The translations under genes and the position numbers were made by a program. DNA of 51,285 nt from Bacteroidales bacterium (GTDB lineage Bacteria > Bacteroidota > Bacteroidia > Bacteroidales > ML635J-15), in contig JAGCNN010000073.1 of assembly GCA_017645925.1 (NCBI GenBank), positions 1-51,285 on the forward strand, read 5' to 3'. How positions within the stretch are numbered: the first letter of the stretch is position 1; every line of letters starts with the position of its first letter. Of the stretch, positions 34,440 to 44,575 are shown piece after piece. The notes under the pieces were generated by a model. The model searched no databases. It had not been told where the DNA came from and saw nothing but the letters and a program-made list of their open reading frames with translations.

Positions 34440-36503
34440 ATGAAAAGATTTAGTTTAGTGATAGTCATCTTGTTAGCAGCGCAATTCATATTCGCGCAGA
34501 ATGCTTCAACAACAGTTTCTAACAAGGAAGCGATGACATACGGATTGAACTACATGAAGTCACAATTCCCGACAAGAGCAAATTTGTCCGTAAGTTCCTA
34601 CGAACTTTTGAAGTCGGAAAACACTGGAAAAGACTGCTACCATGTATTCAACTTTGAAGAAGGCGGTTTCGTAATCGTATGTGCTGATTTAAGAGGTATT
34701 CCAATCCTCGGATATTCTGATGAAGGCAGTTTCGATTTTGAAAACGGTGCTCCTGCTACTCAGGAATGGATTAAGCATTATATGCAACAGCTCGATGTAA
34801 TTGAAGCAAAAAACATTGCTGTATCTGAAAAAAATATTGCTGCTTGGAATCCAACAGCAAAGCGTTCTATTGTCCGCGGTGTTAATGCTTTGGTACAAAC
34901 CAAATGGAATCAGAGCTATCCTTACAACATGCTTTGCCCGGAACATTCGCAGGGTGATCACGGACATACATATACAGGATGTGTTGCAACTGCAATGGCT
35001 CAAGTTATGAAATATTGGAATTACCCACAGCATGGTGATGGAAAATTAACTTATTTCTGGGGACAATGGGATACCATTAATTTATCAGAAACAACATACG
35101 ACTGGGAGAATATGCCAAACTTCTATTCATCATTTGGTGCTAACGCATGGAACGATGCACAAAAGCAAGCTGTTGCTACATTGATGTTCCATTGCGGTGT
35201 ATCCATCTACATGGACTATGGATATGATGGTTCAGGAACTCAGACTTACTATGTTGCAGATGCTTTGAGAAACAACTTCAAATATAGAAATGGTGTAAAC
35301 TATAAATACAGAGACAATGGAGGTACTTCAGATGACTCATTTGAACACTACTACGAGAATGACACTATTTGGAGCAGAATGTTAATCGAAGACCTTGACT
35401 TGCACCGTCCACTTATATATAGTGGACACCCATCATCTGGCGCAGGTCACGCTTGGGTTTGCGATGGTTACAGAACAAACAGCGACGGTACTACCGAATT
35501 CCACATGAACTGGGGCTGGGGTGGTGCTAACGATGGTTACTACACAATCGACAACCTCAACACACATTCAGGTCCTGGTGATGATGGCAGCAACAATTTC
35601 GTTTACGGACAGTGCGTAATATTCAATATCGCTGTTCCTGATTTGGAAGCAGCTCCTTACTGCATGAACGACCAGACAAATGTTTATGAAGAAGAACACT
35701 GGAACATTAACGATGGTAGCTACTCAAACTTCTACAAGAAGAACAGCAACTGCGACTGGGTTATCAAGATTAAAGACTACGAAACCGATACAGTTCTTTA
35801 CTACTTCAATTATTTTGAATTAGAAGCAGGTGATGAAGTAAAAATTTATGCAGGCGAAGATGCTAACGGACAATTGCTATACACTTTCTATGAAGGCAAC
35901 GAACCAGTAGATACAGTTAAGCACGTTGGCACACCTCTTTACATTCAATTCACTACAGACTCTGACGACCAAGCTAGAGGTTGGGAATTGCACTACGAAG
36001 CAATGAGATACCCGTTTACAATCACAACGACAACCGTTGGTAATGGTGGAAGCGTAAATCCAGACGGCGTTAGACCAGTAATGAAGAATTCTACTTTGAC
36101 AGTAACTATGACTCCAACTGAGGGCAACCATGTAAGCGAGTTCACTATTGATGGCGTTTTGACAATAAAGGGCGCAGGCAAGAGCGAAGAAATTGCATAC
36201 ACCTTTACAAATATTAAGTCAAACCACACAGTCGAAGTTAAGTTTGAACCAGTATCCGTTGACGAAGAAAGCATGAATGCAATTTCAGTTTTCCCGAATC
36301 CTAACAATGGTAAGTTCAGCCTCACTGTAGATGAAAATGCTGATTCCTACATACTTTACGACATTAATGGTCGTGTATTGGAAGAAAAGGCTATAAATGG
36401 ACAAACAAATGTTGATTTTGACATGAACGTTTCGGCTGGAACATACTTCATAAAGGTAATCGCCAACGATACCGTTTCTGTAAAGAAGATTATAGTTGAA
36501 TAA
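34440..36503 (+). CDS. C10 (streptopain/SpeB-like) cysteine peptidase with type-A T9SS CTD
   Basis: Start at ATG 34440 (MKRFSLVIVILLAAQFIFAQ). Catalytic Cys context is YTGCVATAMAQVMKYW and His context is GHAWVCDGY. A CUB-like middle region precedes the CTD VFPNPNNGKFSLTV...GTYFIKVIANDTVSVKKIIVE. Confidence 0.9.
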   Translation: MKRFSLVIVILLAAQFIFAQNASTTVSNKEAMTYGLNYMKSQFPTRANLSVSSYELLKSENTGKDCYHVFNFEEGGFVIVCADLRGIPILGYSDEGSFDFENGAPATQEWIKHYMQQLDVIEAKNIAVSEKNIAAWNPTAKRSIVRGVNALVQTKWNQSYPYNMLCPEHSQGDHGHTYTGCVATAMAQVMKYWNYPQHGDGKLTYFWGQWDTINLSETTYDWENMPNFYSSFGANAWNDAQKQAVATLMFHCGVSIYMDYGYDGSGTQTYYVADALRNNFKYRNGVNYKYRDNGGTSDDSFEHYYENDTIWSRMLIEDLDLHRPLIYSGHPSSGAGHAWVCDGYRTNSDGTTEFHMNWGWGGANDGYYTIDNLNTHSGPGDDGSNNFVYGQCVIFNIAVPDLEAAPYCMNDQTNVYEEEHWNINDGSYSNFYKKNSNCDWVIKIKDYETDTVLYYFNYFELEAGDEVKIYAGEDANGQLLYTFYEGNEPVDTVKHVGTPLYIQFTTDSDDQARGWELHYEAMRYPFTITTTTVGNGGSVNPDGVRPVMKNSTLTVTMTPTEGNHVSEFTIDGVLTIKGAGKSEEIAYTFTNIKSNHTVEVKFEPVSVDEESMNAISVFPNPNNGKFSLTVDENADSYILYDINGRVLEEKAINGQTNVDFDMNVSAGTYFIKVIANDTVSVKKIIVE

Positions 36504-36520
36504 AATTTTTCTTATAAACA

Positions 36521-36552
36521 AAAAAGCTGACCTTTCGGTCAGCTTTTTTTTC
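36521..36552 (+). terminator. Rho-independent terminator
   Basis: 8-bp stem agctgacc/ggtcagct, loop tttc, then 8 T. Confidence 0.85.
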
Positions 36553-36584
36553 AAATATAGGCAACCTAATGCAATAAATATTTT

Positions 36585-36592
36585 TAAATTTG
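36585..36592 (+). promoter_or_regulatory. -7 box TAAATTTG(C) for kdsB operon
   Basis: Exact match, 22 nt upstream of ATG 36614. Confidence 0.5.
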
Positions 36593-36613
36593 CAAAAGGA
36601 AAATAGATTTCAA

Positions 36614-37363
36614 ATGAATATTGCAGCAATAATACCAGCAAGATACGCATCAACAAGGTTTCCTGGCAAACCATTGGTAAACATAAATGGGAAAACAATG
36701 GTACACAACGTTTTCATTCAAGCGGCAAAAGTATTTGATACTGTATATGTCGCAACAGATGACGAACGCATAGCCAAAGAAATTGAAAGTTTTGGCGGAA
36801 AATATGTGACGACATCGAAAAAGCATAAAAGCGGAACCGACCGCTGCGCCGAAGCGATAATTAAGATTGAAGAAAAAGAAGGAAAGGAATTCGATGTTGT
36901 GGTTAACATTCAGGGAGATGAGCCATTTATCAAGACAGAACAACTTGAAGAAATAAAGAAATGCTTCAAGAAAAAGCGCACTGAGATTGCAACTCTCGTA
37001 AAACCCATCAACAACAAGGAGGACATTTTCAATCCAAACAAGCCTAAAGTTGTTATTTCAACCACAAACGAAGCCATTTATTTCAGCCGTTCGCCCATAC
37101 CCTACCTGCGTGGTCACAAGGAAACGAACTGGATTACAAAGCATCAGTACTACAAGCACATAGGATTGTATGGCTACCGAAAGGACATACTTCTTGAAAT
37201 AACAAAGCTAAAGCAGACTCCACTGGAAATTGCCGAAAGCCTAGAACAGCTCAGATGGTTGGAAAACGGATACAAGATTAAGGTTGCTTTCTCCGAGCAT
37301 GAAAGCGTAAGCATTGATACTCCTAAAGATTTGGAACGAATTAAGGAAGTAGGACTACTGTAG
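36614..37363 (+). CDS. kdsB: 3-deoxy-manno-octulosonate cytidylyltransferase
   Basis: MNIAAIIPARYASTRFPGKPL, VNIQGDEP and EQLRWLENG are KdsB signatures. Confidence 0.9.
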   Translation: MNIAAIIPARYASTRFPGKPLVNINGKTMVHNVFIQAAKVFDTVYVATDDERIAKEIESFGGKYVTTSKKHKSGTDRCAEAIIKIEEKEGKEFDVVVNIQGDEPFIKTEQLEEIKKCFKKKRTEIATLVKPINNKEDIFNPNKPKVVISTTNEAIYFSRSPIPYLRGHKETNWITKHQYYKHIGLYGYRKDILLEITKLKQTPLEIAESLEQLRWLENGYKIKVAFSEHESVSIDTPKDLERIKEVGLL

Positions 37364-37365
37364 AA

Positions 37366-38490
37366 ATGAATATCGCCGTCAACACACGCCTGCTCCTCAA
37401 GGGAAAACTTGAAGGCATAGGCTGGTTCACATACGAAACACTGAAACGCATCACAGCGCAACATCCCGAACACAAATTCTTTTTCATTTTCGACAGGGAA
37501 TATGACAAGGATTTTGTTTTCTCCGACAATGTTACGCCAATAGTGCTCGCCCCTCCTACCCGACATCCTTTTCTCTGGATATTGTGGTTTGAATACAGAA
37601 TTCCAAAATTGCTGAAAAAAATCGGTGCTGACGTCTTTGTTTCGACAGACGGCTACATTTCGTTACGCACAAATATTCCACAAGTCGATGTAATACACGA
37701 CATAAACTTCGTGCACAACCCGCAACAGCTTCCTAAACTTACAAGCTGGTATTACAACAAGTATTTCGTAAGATTTGCAAAAAAAGCAGCTCATATAGGC
37801 ACTGTTTCCGAATTTTCAAAAAATGACATTTGTAGCACATACGGCATTGAAAAAGAAAAAGTTACTGTATGCTACAATGGTTCCAACGAGAAATATACAC
37901 CACTGCAGGAAAGCGAGAAACAAGAAATTCGCGACAAATATAGCAATGGCAAGAAATTTTTCGTATTTGTTGGAGCATTAAGTCCTCGCAAAAACGTTGA
38001 AGGATTGCTACATTCATTTGAAATTTTTAAAGACAAATATGACTGCGATATCAACCTTGTAATTGTTGGTGGTTCGTTACACAAGACAGAATCAATAGAA
38101 AAGGTTCATTCAGAAATGAAGCACAAGGACAATGTCATTTTCGCCGGAAGGCTTGAAAATGATGAATTGTGCAAAGTTATGGCAGCATCGGAATGTTTAA
38201 CTTATATACCTCATTTTGAAGGATTTGGGATTCCACTTCTAGAAGCTATGTATGCCGAGACGGCAATAATCAGCGGCAATTCCACCTCGCTGCCCGAAGT
38301 TGTTGGAGATGCAGCACTAATGTGTTCGACAACAGACTACAACAAGGTTGCTGAAAACATGTACCGCATTTGCAACGATAAAGAATTAAGGGAAAGTATG
38401 ATAGAAAAAGGACGGAAACAACGTGAAAAATTTTCGTGGCAAAAAACTTCGGAACGACTTTGGAACTGCATTGAAAAGGCTATAAAATAA
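37366..38490 (+). CDS. Glycosyltransferase family 4 (GT-B)
   Basis: 374 aa. The C-terminal EGFGIPLLEAM...SLPEV motif is typical of GT4/GT1-superfamily enzymes. Confidence 0.8.
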   Translation: MNIAVNTRLLLKGKLEGIGWFTYETLKRITAQHPEHKFFFIFDREYDKDFVFSDNVTPIVLAPPTRHPFLWILWFEYRIPKLLKKIGADVFVSTDGYISLRTNIPQVDVIHDINFVHNPQQLPKLTSWYYNKYFVRFAKKAAHIGTVSEFSKNDICSTYGIEKEKVTVCYNGSNEKYTPLQESEKQEIRDKYSNGKKFFVFVGALSPRKNVEGLLHSFEIFKDKYDCDINLVIVGGSLHKTESIEKVHSEMKHKDNVIFAGRLENDELCKVMAASECLTYIPHFEGFGIPLLEAMYAETAIISGNSTSLPEVVGDAALMCSTTDYNKVAENMYRICNDKELRESMIEKGRKQREKFSWQKTSERLWNCIEKAIK

Positions 38491-38496
38491 GTAATT

Positions 38497-39096
38497 ATGC
38501 TAAAACCATTTTTCAAGGAAAACACAATTGAAGCAGGCTGCGACGAAGCTGGACGAGGTTGCCTTGCTGGTCCGGTGTATGCTGCCTCGGTCATTCTTCC
38601 GCCCGACTACAAAAACGAGAAGCTAAACGACTCAAAACAACTTTCTGAAAAAAAACGTGACGAACTTAGATTGGAAATAGAACGCGATGCCATATCGTTC
38701 TGCGTAGCATCGATGGACAACAACGAAATCGACCAGATAAACATCCTAAAAGCATCTATCTTATCAATGCACAAGGCTGTTTCAGGCCTGAAAGTAACGC
38801 CGCAACTACTTCTTATAGACGGAAATAAATTCATTCCATACGGCGAAATACCACACAAGTGCATAGTAAAGGGAGACGCAACATACATGTCAATTGCAGC
38901 AGCATCCATACTTGCGAAAACCTACAGGGATGAATTCATGTACCGCATTGCCAAAGAATTTCCAGAATATCACTGGGAGCAAAACAAAGGCTACCCAACA
39001 AAATTGCACAGAAAGGCTATTGAAGAACACGGAGTTACTAAATATCACCGACTTACGTATAGACTCACTGACACACAATTAAGTTTATTCCAATAG
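38497..39096 (+). CDS. rnhB: Ribonuclease HII
   Basis: GCDEAGRGCLAGPVYAA, DSKQLS, and the length of 199 aa. Confidence 0.9.
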   Translation: MLKPFFKENTIEAGCDEAGRGCLAGPVYAASVILPPDYKNEKLNDSKQLSEKKRDELRLEIERDAISFCVASMDNNEIDQINILKASILSMHKAVSGLKVTPQLLLIDGNKFIPYGEIPHKCIVKGDATYMSIAAASILAKTYRDEFMYRIAKEFPEYHWEQNKGYPTKLHRKAIEEHGVTKYHRLTYRLTDTQLSLFQ

Positions 39097-39117
39097 CGAC
39101 AAAAACCAAATAAGAAC

Positions 39118-39125
39118 TAACTTTG
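39118..39125 (+). promoter_or_regulatory. -7 box TAACTTTG(C) for the LRR gene
   Basis: Exact match, 17 nt upstream of ATG 39142. Confidence 0.5.
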
Positions 39126-39141
39126 CAAAAAAATATACAAG

Positions 39142-40893
39142 ATGAAAAATATAGCAGTTTTAATCGTCCTAATCGCTTGCAGTACAATTGCAATGGCACA
39201 GGCAGAAGCACATGGTCCAAACGATCCTAATTTCTCAATGAAATGCAAGACCGGTCAATACATCAGGTACACAATAACCTCAAAAGAAAGCCCTTACACA
39301 GTGATTGTTAATGGAATTAAGGGAGATGTTGAAAACGTCAAGAAGCTAGAAATTCCAGCAACTGTGCATTACAGGAACACCGATTTTGAAGTAACGGTCA
39401 TAAACAAAGGTGCATTTGAAAACATAAGCTCCCTAACATCGGTAACTATTCCACAAACAGTAAAAATAATTAAGGAAGATGCATTCAAAGACTGTTCAGC
39501 TCTGAAATCTGTAAAAATTGGCGGCATAATAGAACATTGCTACGAAAACGCATTTACCGGTACAGCCATCGCAAAACCGATATACACAGGCAAAAACCTT
39601 GTGTACTATCCTTCAGGAATGAAAGAATACAAAATCAACGAAGGTACTGAAACCATACTTGAATATGCATTCGGCAACTGCAAGGAAATGACATCAATAG
39701 TAATTCCTGCATCGGTAAAAAAAGTTTACGTAACCTCGTTTTCAAACTGCGACAAGCTGACAAACATTGCCGTTGCCGATGGAAACAAAACCTACGACAG
39801 CCGCAACAACTGCAACGCAATTGTCAATACCTCTGAAAACAAGATTATCCTCGGATGCAGCAATTCTATAATTCCCAACGGAATAAAAGCTATTGGAAGA
39901 AATGCATTTGCCAACATTCCACTACAAAAAATTGACATTCCAAATACCGTTACAACCATTGAAGATTCAGCATTCTTCAAGTGCGAACTTACAACGGTAA
40001 CAATCCCCGAATCTGTAACGGAAATTGGAGCCAACACATTCGTAAGAAACAAAAAGCTTGCAGTAGTCAATTTCAACGCAACCAATTGCAAACCATTGAA
40101 CAAAGATTATCCAGCATTCACACAATGCCAATCGCTAACATCCGTGAACTTCGGTGACAAAGTTGAAATCGTGCCAGCATTCTCATTCATGAACTGCGAA
40201 GAATTAAGATATGCAACCTTATCAAATTCAGTAAAAGAAATCGGCGACAAAGCATTTTATGAATGTAAAATGCTATCATACTTTGAGCTGCCTAATTCAG
40301 TAGAAACGATTGGGTTACAAGCATTTTACGAATCGGGCATTACAGAACCAGTACATTCAGACCATCTATTTGCATATTTCCCAACAAACTACGCCACAGA
40401 ATATTCTATTCCAGAAGGAATAAAAACAATAGCACAGAGAGCATTCCACTATGCTGGCAACCTGAAATCGGTTACAATTCCAAACAGCGTAACAAAAATC
40501 GAAGAATTTGCATTTTCTGAATGTTATGACATTGAAAACATTACAATGTCAAACTCATTAGAATCAATAGGATACAGAGCATTTATGTACTGTACTAATC
40601 TAAAATCCATAACACTTCCAAAAACTTTAATGACACTTGAAACAGAAGCTTTTCTGGGATGCGAAAAAATGGAAAGCATAACCATACCTAATTCTATCAC
40701 AGAATTAAAGGACAGATTATTTAGCGATTCCGGTGTAAAATACGTAACACTACCATTATCAATAAAAACTATTTCCCAAAAGGCTTTTGAAAGGTACCCC
40801 AAATTAAAATACATTTACATTCCTAAGGGTTCAACGGAACAATTCAAAAAATTGTTAGGCACAGAATTCCATAGCAAGCTGAGAGAAAAATAA
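39142..40893 (+). CDS. BspA-type leucine-rich repeat (LRR_5) protein with signal peptide
   Basis: MKNIAVLIVLIACSTIAMAQA signal and repeated IP.SV..I...AF..C..L modules. The C-terminal IYIPKGSTEQFKKLL...KLREK parallels the 11137-12894 protein. Confidence 0.85.
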   Translation: MKNIAVLIVLIACSTIAMAQAEAHGPNDPNFSMKCKTGQYIRYTITSKESPYTVIVNGIKGDVENVKKLEIPATVHYRNTDFEVTVINKGAFENISSLTSVTIPQTVKIIKEDAFKDCSALKSVKIGGIIEHCYENAFTGTAIAKPIYTGKNLVYYPSGMKEYKINEGTETILEYAFGNCKEMTSIVIPASVKKVYVTSFSNCDKLTNIAVADGNKTYDSRNNCNAIVNTSENKIILGCSNSIIPNGIKAIGRNAFANIPLQKIDIPNTVTTIEDSAFFKCELTTVTIPESVTEIGANTFVRNKKLAVVNFNATNCKPLNKDYPAFTQCQSLTSVNFGDKVEIVPAFSFMNCEELRYATLSNSVKEIGDKAFYECKMLSYFELPNSVETIGLQAFYESGITEPVHSDHLFAYFPTNYATEYSIPEGIKTIAQRAFHYAGNLKSVTIPNSVTKIEEFAFSECYDIENITMSNSLESIGYRAFMYCTNLKSITLPKTLMTLETEAFLGCEKMESITIPNSITELKDRLFSDSGVKYVTLPLSIKTISQKAFERYPKLKYIYIPKGSTEQFKKLLGTEFHSKLREK

Positions 40894-40932
40894 GAACCAT
40901 TTTATGGTTTCCTGTTTAAATTTTACAAGATA

Positions 40933-40966
40933 AAAAATGGAAGTTAGATGACTTCCATTTTTTATT
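40933..40966 (+). terminator. Rho-independent terminator
   Basis: 12-bp stem aaaaatggaagt/acttccattttt, loop tagatg, then a T-run. Confidence 0.8.
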
Positions 40967-40984
40967 TAAATGCAATTTTTTTCA

Positions 40985-40992
40985 TAATTTTG
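40985..40992 (+). promoter_or_regulatory. -7 box TAATTTTG(C) for the C25 peptidase gene
   Basis: Exact match, 35 nt upstream of ATG 41027. Confidence 0.5.
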
Positions 40993-41026
40993 CGTTTCCA
41001 TAATGATTGCTGTAACCTAACTAACA

Positions 41027-44000
41027 ATGAAAAGATTGCTTACGCTAATACTTTGTGCATTTGCTGTACTATCAGCAATGTCGCAAAACTACGCAATCAC
41101 ATATTCAGAAGAAGACTACGGAACTCGCATCAATTATAATCTCAACAAATACAGCATCAAGCAAATAGCAACACCAACAGGCACTTTCTCAAAAATTGAC
41201 ATTGGAAAAAATACATTCCTTGAAAAAAAAGGCTGGCCAGAAATGCCGTTTGCAAGCATAACCACAAGCATCTCAGACAACGACATCATCTCAATCGACA
41301 CTAACAAATGCGAATTTCACGAGCAACAGCTTGACTTTCCCATAATCCCATCACGCGGAACAATTTACCGTCACCAGAACCCAGATTCAATTCCTTACAT
41401 AATATATACGGAATCAATAAATGACAGTTTTTTCCCTGAAAATAACATTAGCATTGAAGAACCGTTTTATTTCCGCACCGAGAAAAAGGTAACCATCAGG
41501 ATATTTCCGTTCCAATACAATTCTGCAACCAGAACTTTGCGCATATATGACCATATTTCAATAAAGATTGAGCACAAAAGCCAACGTAACACCACTCAAC
41601 TGCCAAATTACGACTATGGCGACATTCTCGTTCTCACACCAGAAAAATACGACAGTGTAATTGAGCCATACGTAAAGTGGAAACGAGAAATGGGTTTCAA
41701 CGTTACAGTACAGAACTGCGACTCTGCAGAAAATGTAAGTTCAAGGATAGCAGAAACTTACAGCCAAAATCCAAATTTGCTGTATGTTCAGATTGTTGGC
41801 GACTGGAACGACATTCAATCGGACGAACTTGGCACCGAAACCTGCTACGACTGCCCTACCGACCCCGCATTAGGGTGCGTATCTGGCAGCGACTATTACC
41901 CCGACCTTGCAATAAGCAGATTTTCATGTTCAAATGCAGAAGAGTTAGCAACACAAGTACAAAAAAGCATTAACTACGAGAAAAATCCCAACAAAAGTCA
42001 GGACTGGGGCGGAAAGTTCATAGGAATTGGTTCTGGCGAAGGTCCTGGCGATGACAACGAACTGGACTACGAACACATACGCAAAATATACGACAATAAA
42101 CTGTCAAACTTTACATATAACGTTCATTCACAGCACTATGACGATGAAACCAACGTTTCGTCAAATGTATTGGCAAACAGTATAAATATCGGAGCTTCAA
42201 GCATTGCATACTGCGGACACGGCAGTGGTTCATACTGGCTTACAGGAAGTTATGGCGGTTCAAATGTTACATCAAGCAGCAATGGCGACAAACTACCATT
42301 CGTAGTTTCAGTAGCCTGCCGAAACGGAGCATTCCACAATGATGACTGCTTTGCCGAAAAATGGCTAAAAGCAAAATTTGGAGGTGCTGTTGCAACACTC
42401 ATGTCAAGCATAAACCAGCCATGGAATCCGCCAATGCGAGGACAGGACTACTTCTACGACATTCTTTCGGGCGGATACGATTACGACAACGACACAACTA
42501 GCAACGGCTTAAGTACAGACGAACAGCGTACTCGATGGGGAAGCATAATCCTAAATGCCTTTTACCTAATGCTTTGCGAATCATCACAAAACAGCGACAT
42601 CGAAACTACAAAGACATGGATAAGCTTTGGTGACGCCTCGCTGCAATTAAGGACAAAGACGCCTGAAAAAATTGAGTCGTCAAAAAACATCATAACAGAA
42701 GGGAACACCTACAGCACAACCATAACCTCAAACGGTATGCCTGTCAGAAACGCACTGGTGTGCATATCGCAGGACGGCAACTACTACAAAGGCTTCACCA
42801 ACTCGCGGGGCACAGCAACCATTGGACACAACCTGCACAACGGCAAGGCGTTACTGGTCGTTACAGCTTTCAACACAACAACAATATACGACAGCATTCC
42901 TGTAATAGAGGCCAACAAACCATACATTGAAATAAGCGATATTTCACCCAAAACGATAAATTCCGGCACAAGCACACATTTAACAATAAGCATCACAAAT
43001 CTAGGAGATACGCAAGCCGACAGCATAAAAATAAGAATATATTGCAATGATGAACTTATTGTTATTCACACAGATACCGCTTTATACCAAAGTCTTTTGC
43101 CAAATGAAACAGCCGAAAACAGCAATTTCGACATTAGCATATCAAACAGAACCACATACGGACATAAGTTTGATTTCTCAGCAACAATTGAATACAACGA
43201 CACTTCAATCGAAAGATTCTTTTCCATATCGCAAAAGGGACAAGACTGCTATCCGCCCGATTTCATCATAGCGCAACAATCGGACGACAGTTGCACATTG
43301 ACATGGAACGACTTCACCATAAAGCGGTTCACTATATTTGACGACTTTGATGACACCGATGCCTATCCTCCATTTACCATAAACCCGGAAGGAAATGAAG
43401 ACTGGTCGTATATTGACGGCGATGACTCGCCAACAGGAACAATATCAGGATATACGTTCTTGAACAACCGCGAAAAAATGGCCTTCATTACCATAGACCC
43501 CGAAAAAGTTTACTCGGAAGATTCAAACCTAAGTACACTTATACACCCACATTCAGGAAAACAATTCCTTGCTAGCATAAGAAGCGGAGCACTCACAACA
43601 AACGACTGGATTTTCAGCAGAGAACTTGACTTTATCAGCGACTTTGAATTTTCGTTCTACGTACGCGGAAGCCACATGGCAAACTACTGGGAAAACATGG
43701 AAGTTTACTATTTAACAGCCGATACAATGATAAAATTGGACTCCTGCATAGTAAGAGGTTCGGCAGACCCAGACAACTGGACTCTGAAAACATATTCAGT
43801 TCCCGATTCAGCCAAACACGTAGCAATAAGGAACATATCACGCAATAAAAATTTCCTTTGCATTGACGACATAAAAATATCAGGATACAAAATATATCCG
43901 ATAAACGAAGTTAGCCTGTACGACAACGGAAATCTAATAGATTCAGAAATCTCAGAAAACATCATAACAATAACCGGTCTTGAAAACGGCGAACATTGCT

Positions 44001-44566
44001 TCTCAATACACCCCGAATGTGATGCAAACCTATATGCAGACACAACCGTATGCATTAACATTTTTATTGAACAATGCGAAACTCCCGAAAATGCAACATG
44101 CTATGTTACAACATCCTACGACTCAATAACATGGTCGCCTACAGCCACTGCCACAAGCTACAACATATATTCAGACGAACAGTTTATCGGAAACACAAGC
44201 GACACGATTTTTACTGTCAGCCAAAACATTAATACCGACCATATATACTATGTGTCAAGCGTTTGCAACCACGATGAATCGGAAGCGACCGAAGCTCAGA
44301 CCATACTTGTTGGCATATCAGAACTTGAAAGTGAAAACTTCAGAATCTACCCCATTCCAACAAACGACATCATCAAAATTGATTGCTACACCCAAACCCA
44401 AATCTGTGAATATGCAATAAGTAACATCTGCGGCAAAAATATAGCCCATGGAAAACTTTTAAACGGAGAAAACACCATATCTTTGCAAAATTTCCAGAAT
44501 GGAATGTATATCATCACAATCTTTTCTGGAAACACAACGCATAAACATAAGATTATCAAGCAGTAG
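41027..44566 (+). CDS. C25 (gingipain-like) cysteine peptidase with type-A T9SS CTD
   Basis: 1179 aa with a signal peptide. The propeptide/catalytic region has ILVLTPEKY, YVQIVGDW, YCGHGSGSYW (His) and VVSVACRNGAF (Cys). A choice-of-anchor-J-like region (DWSYIDGDDSPTG) precedes the CTD FRIYPIPTNDIIKID...GMYIITIFSGNTTHKHKIIKQ. Confidence 0.9.
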   Translation: MKRLLTLILCAFAVLSAMSQNYAITYSEEDYGTRINYNLNKYSIKQIATPTGTFSKIDIGKNTFLEKKGWPEMPFASITTSISDNDIISIDTNKCEFHEQQLDFPIIPSRGTIYRHQNPDSIPYIIYTESINDSFFPENNISIEEPFYFRTEKKVTIRIFPFQYNSATRTLRIYDHISIKIEHKSQRNTTQLPNYDYGDILVLTPEKYDSVIEPYVKWKREMGFNVTVQNCDSAENVSSRIAETYSQNPNLLYVQIVGDWNDIQSDELGTETCYDCPTDPALGCVSGSDYYPDLAISRFSCSNAEELATQVQKSINYEKNPNKSQDWGGKFIGIGSGEGPGDDNELDYEHIRKIYDNKLSNFTYNVHSQHYDDETNVSSNVLANSINIGASSIAYCGHGSGSYWLTGSYGGSNVTSSSNGDKLPFVVSVACRNGAFHNDDCFAEKWLKAKFGGAVATLMSSINQPWNPPMRGQDYFYDILSGGYDYDNDTTSNGLSTDEQRTRWGSIILNAFYLMLCESSQNSDIETTKTWISFGDASLQLRTKTPEKIESSKNIITEGNTYSTTITSNGMPVRNALVCISQDGNYYKGFTNSRGTATIGHNLHNGKALLVVTAFNTTTIYDSIPVIEANKPYIEISDISPKTINSGTSTHLTISITNLGDTQADSIKIRIYCNDELIVIHTDTALYQSLLPNETAENSNFDISISNRTTYGHKFDFSATIEYNDTSIERFFSISQKGQDCYPPDFIIAQQSDDSCTLTWNDFTIKRFTIFDDFDDTDAYPPFTINPEGNEDWSYIDGDDSPTGTISGYTFLNNREKMAFITIDPEKVYSEDSNLSTLIHPHSGKQFLASIRSGALTTNDWIFSRELDFISDFEFSFYVRGSHMANYWENMEVYYLTADTMIKLDSCIVRGSADPDNWTLKTYSVPDSAKHVAIRNISRNKNFLCIDDIKISGYKIYPINEVSLYDNGNLIDSEISENIITITGLENGEHCFSIHPECDANLYADTTVCINIFIEQCETPENATCYVTTSYDSITWSPTATATSYNIYSDEQFIGNTSDTIFTVSQNINTDHIYYVSSVCNHDESEATEAQTILVGISELESENFRIYPIPTNDIIKIDCYTQTQICEYAISNICGKNIAHGKLLNGENTISLQNFQNGMYIITIFSGNTTHKHKIIKQ

Positions 44567-44575
44567 CACCATATC

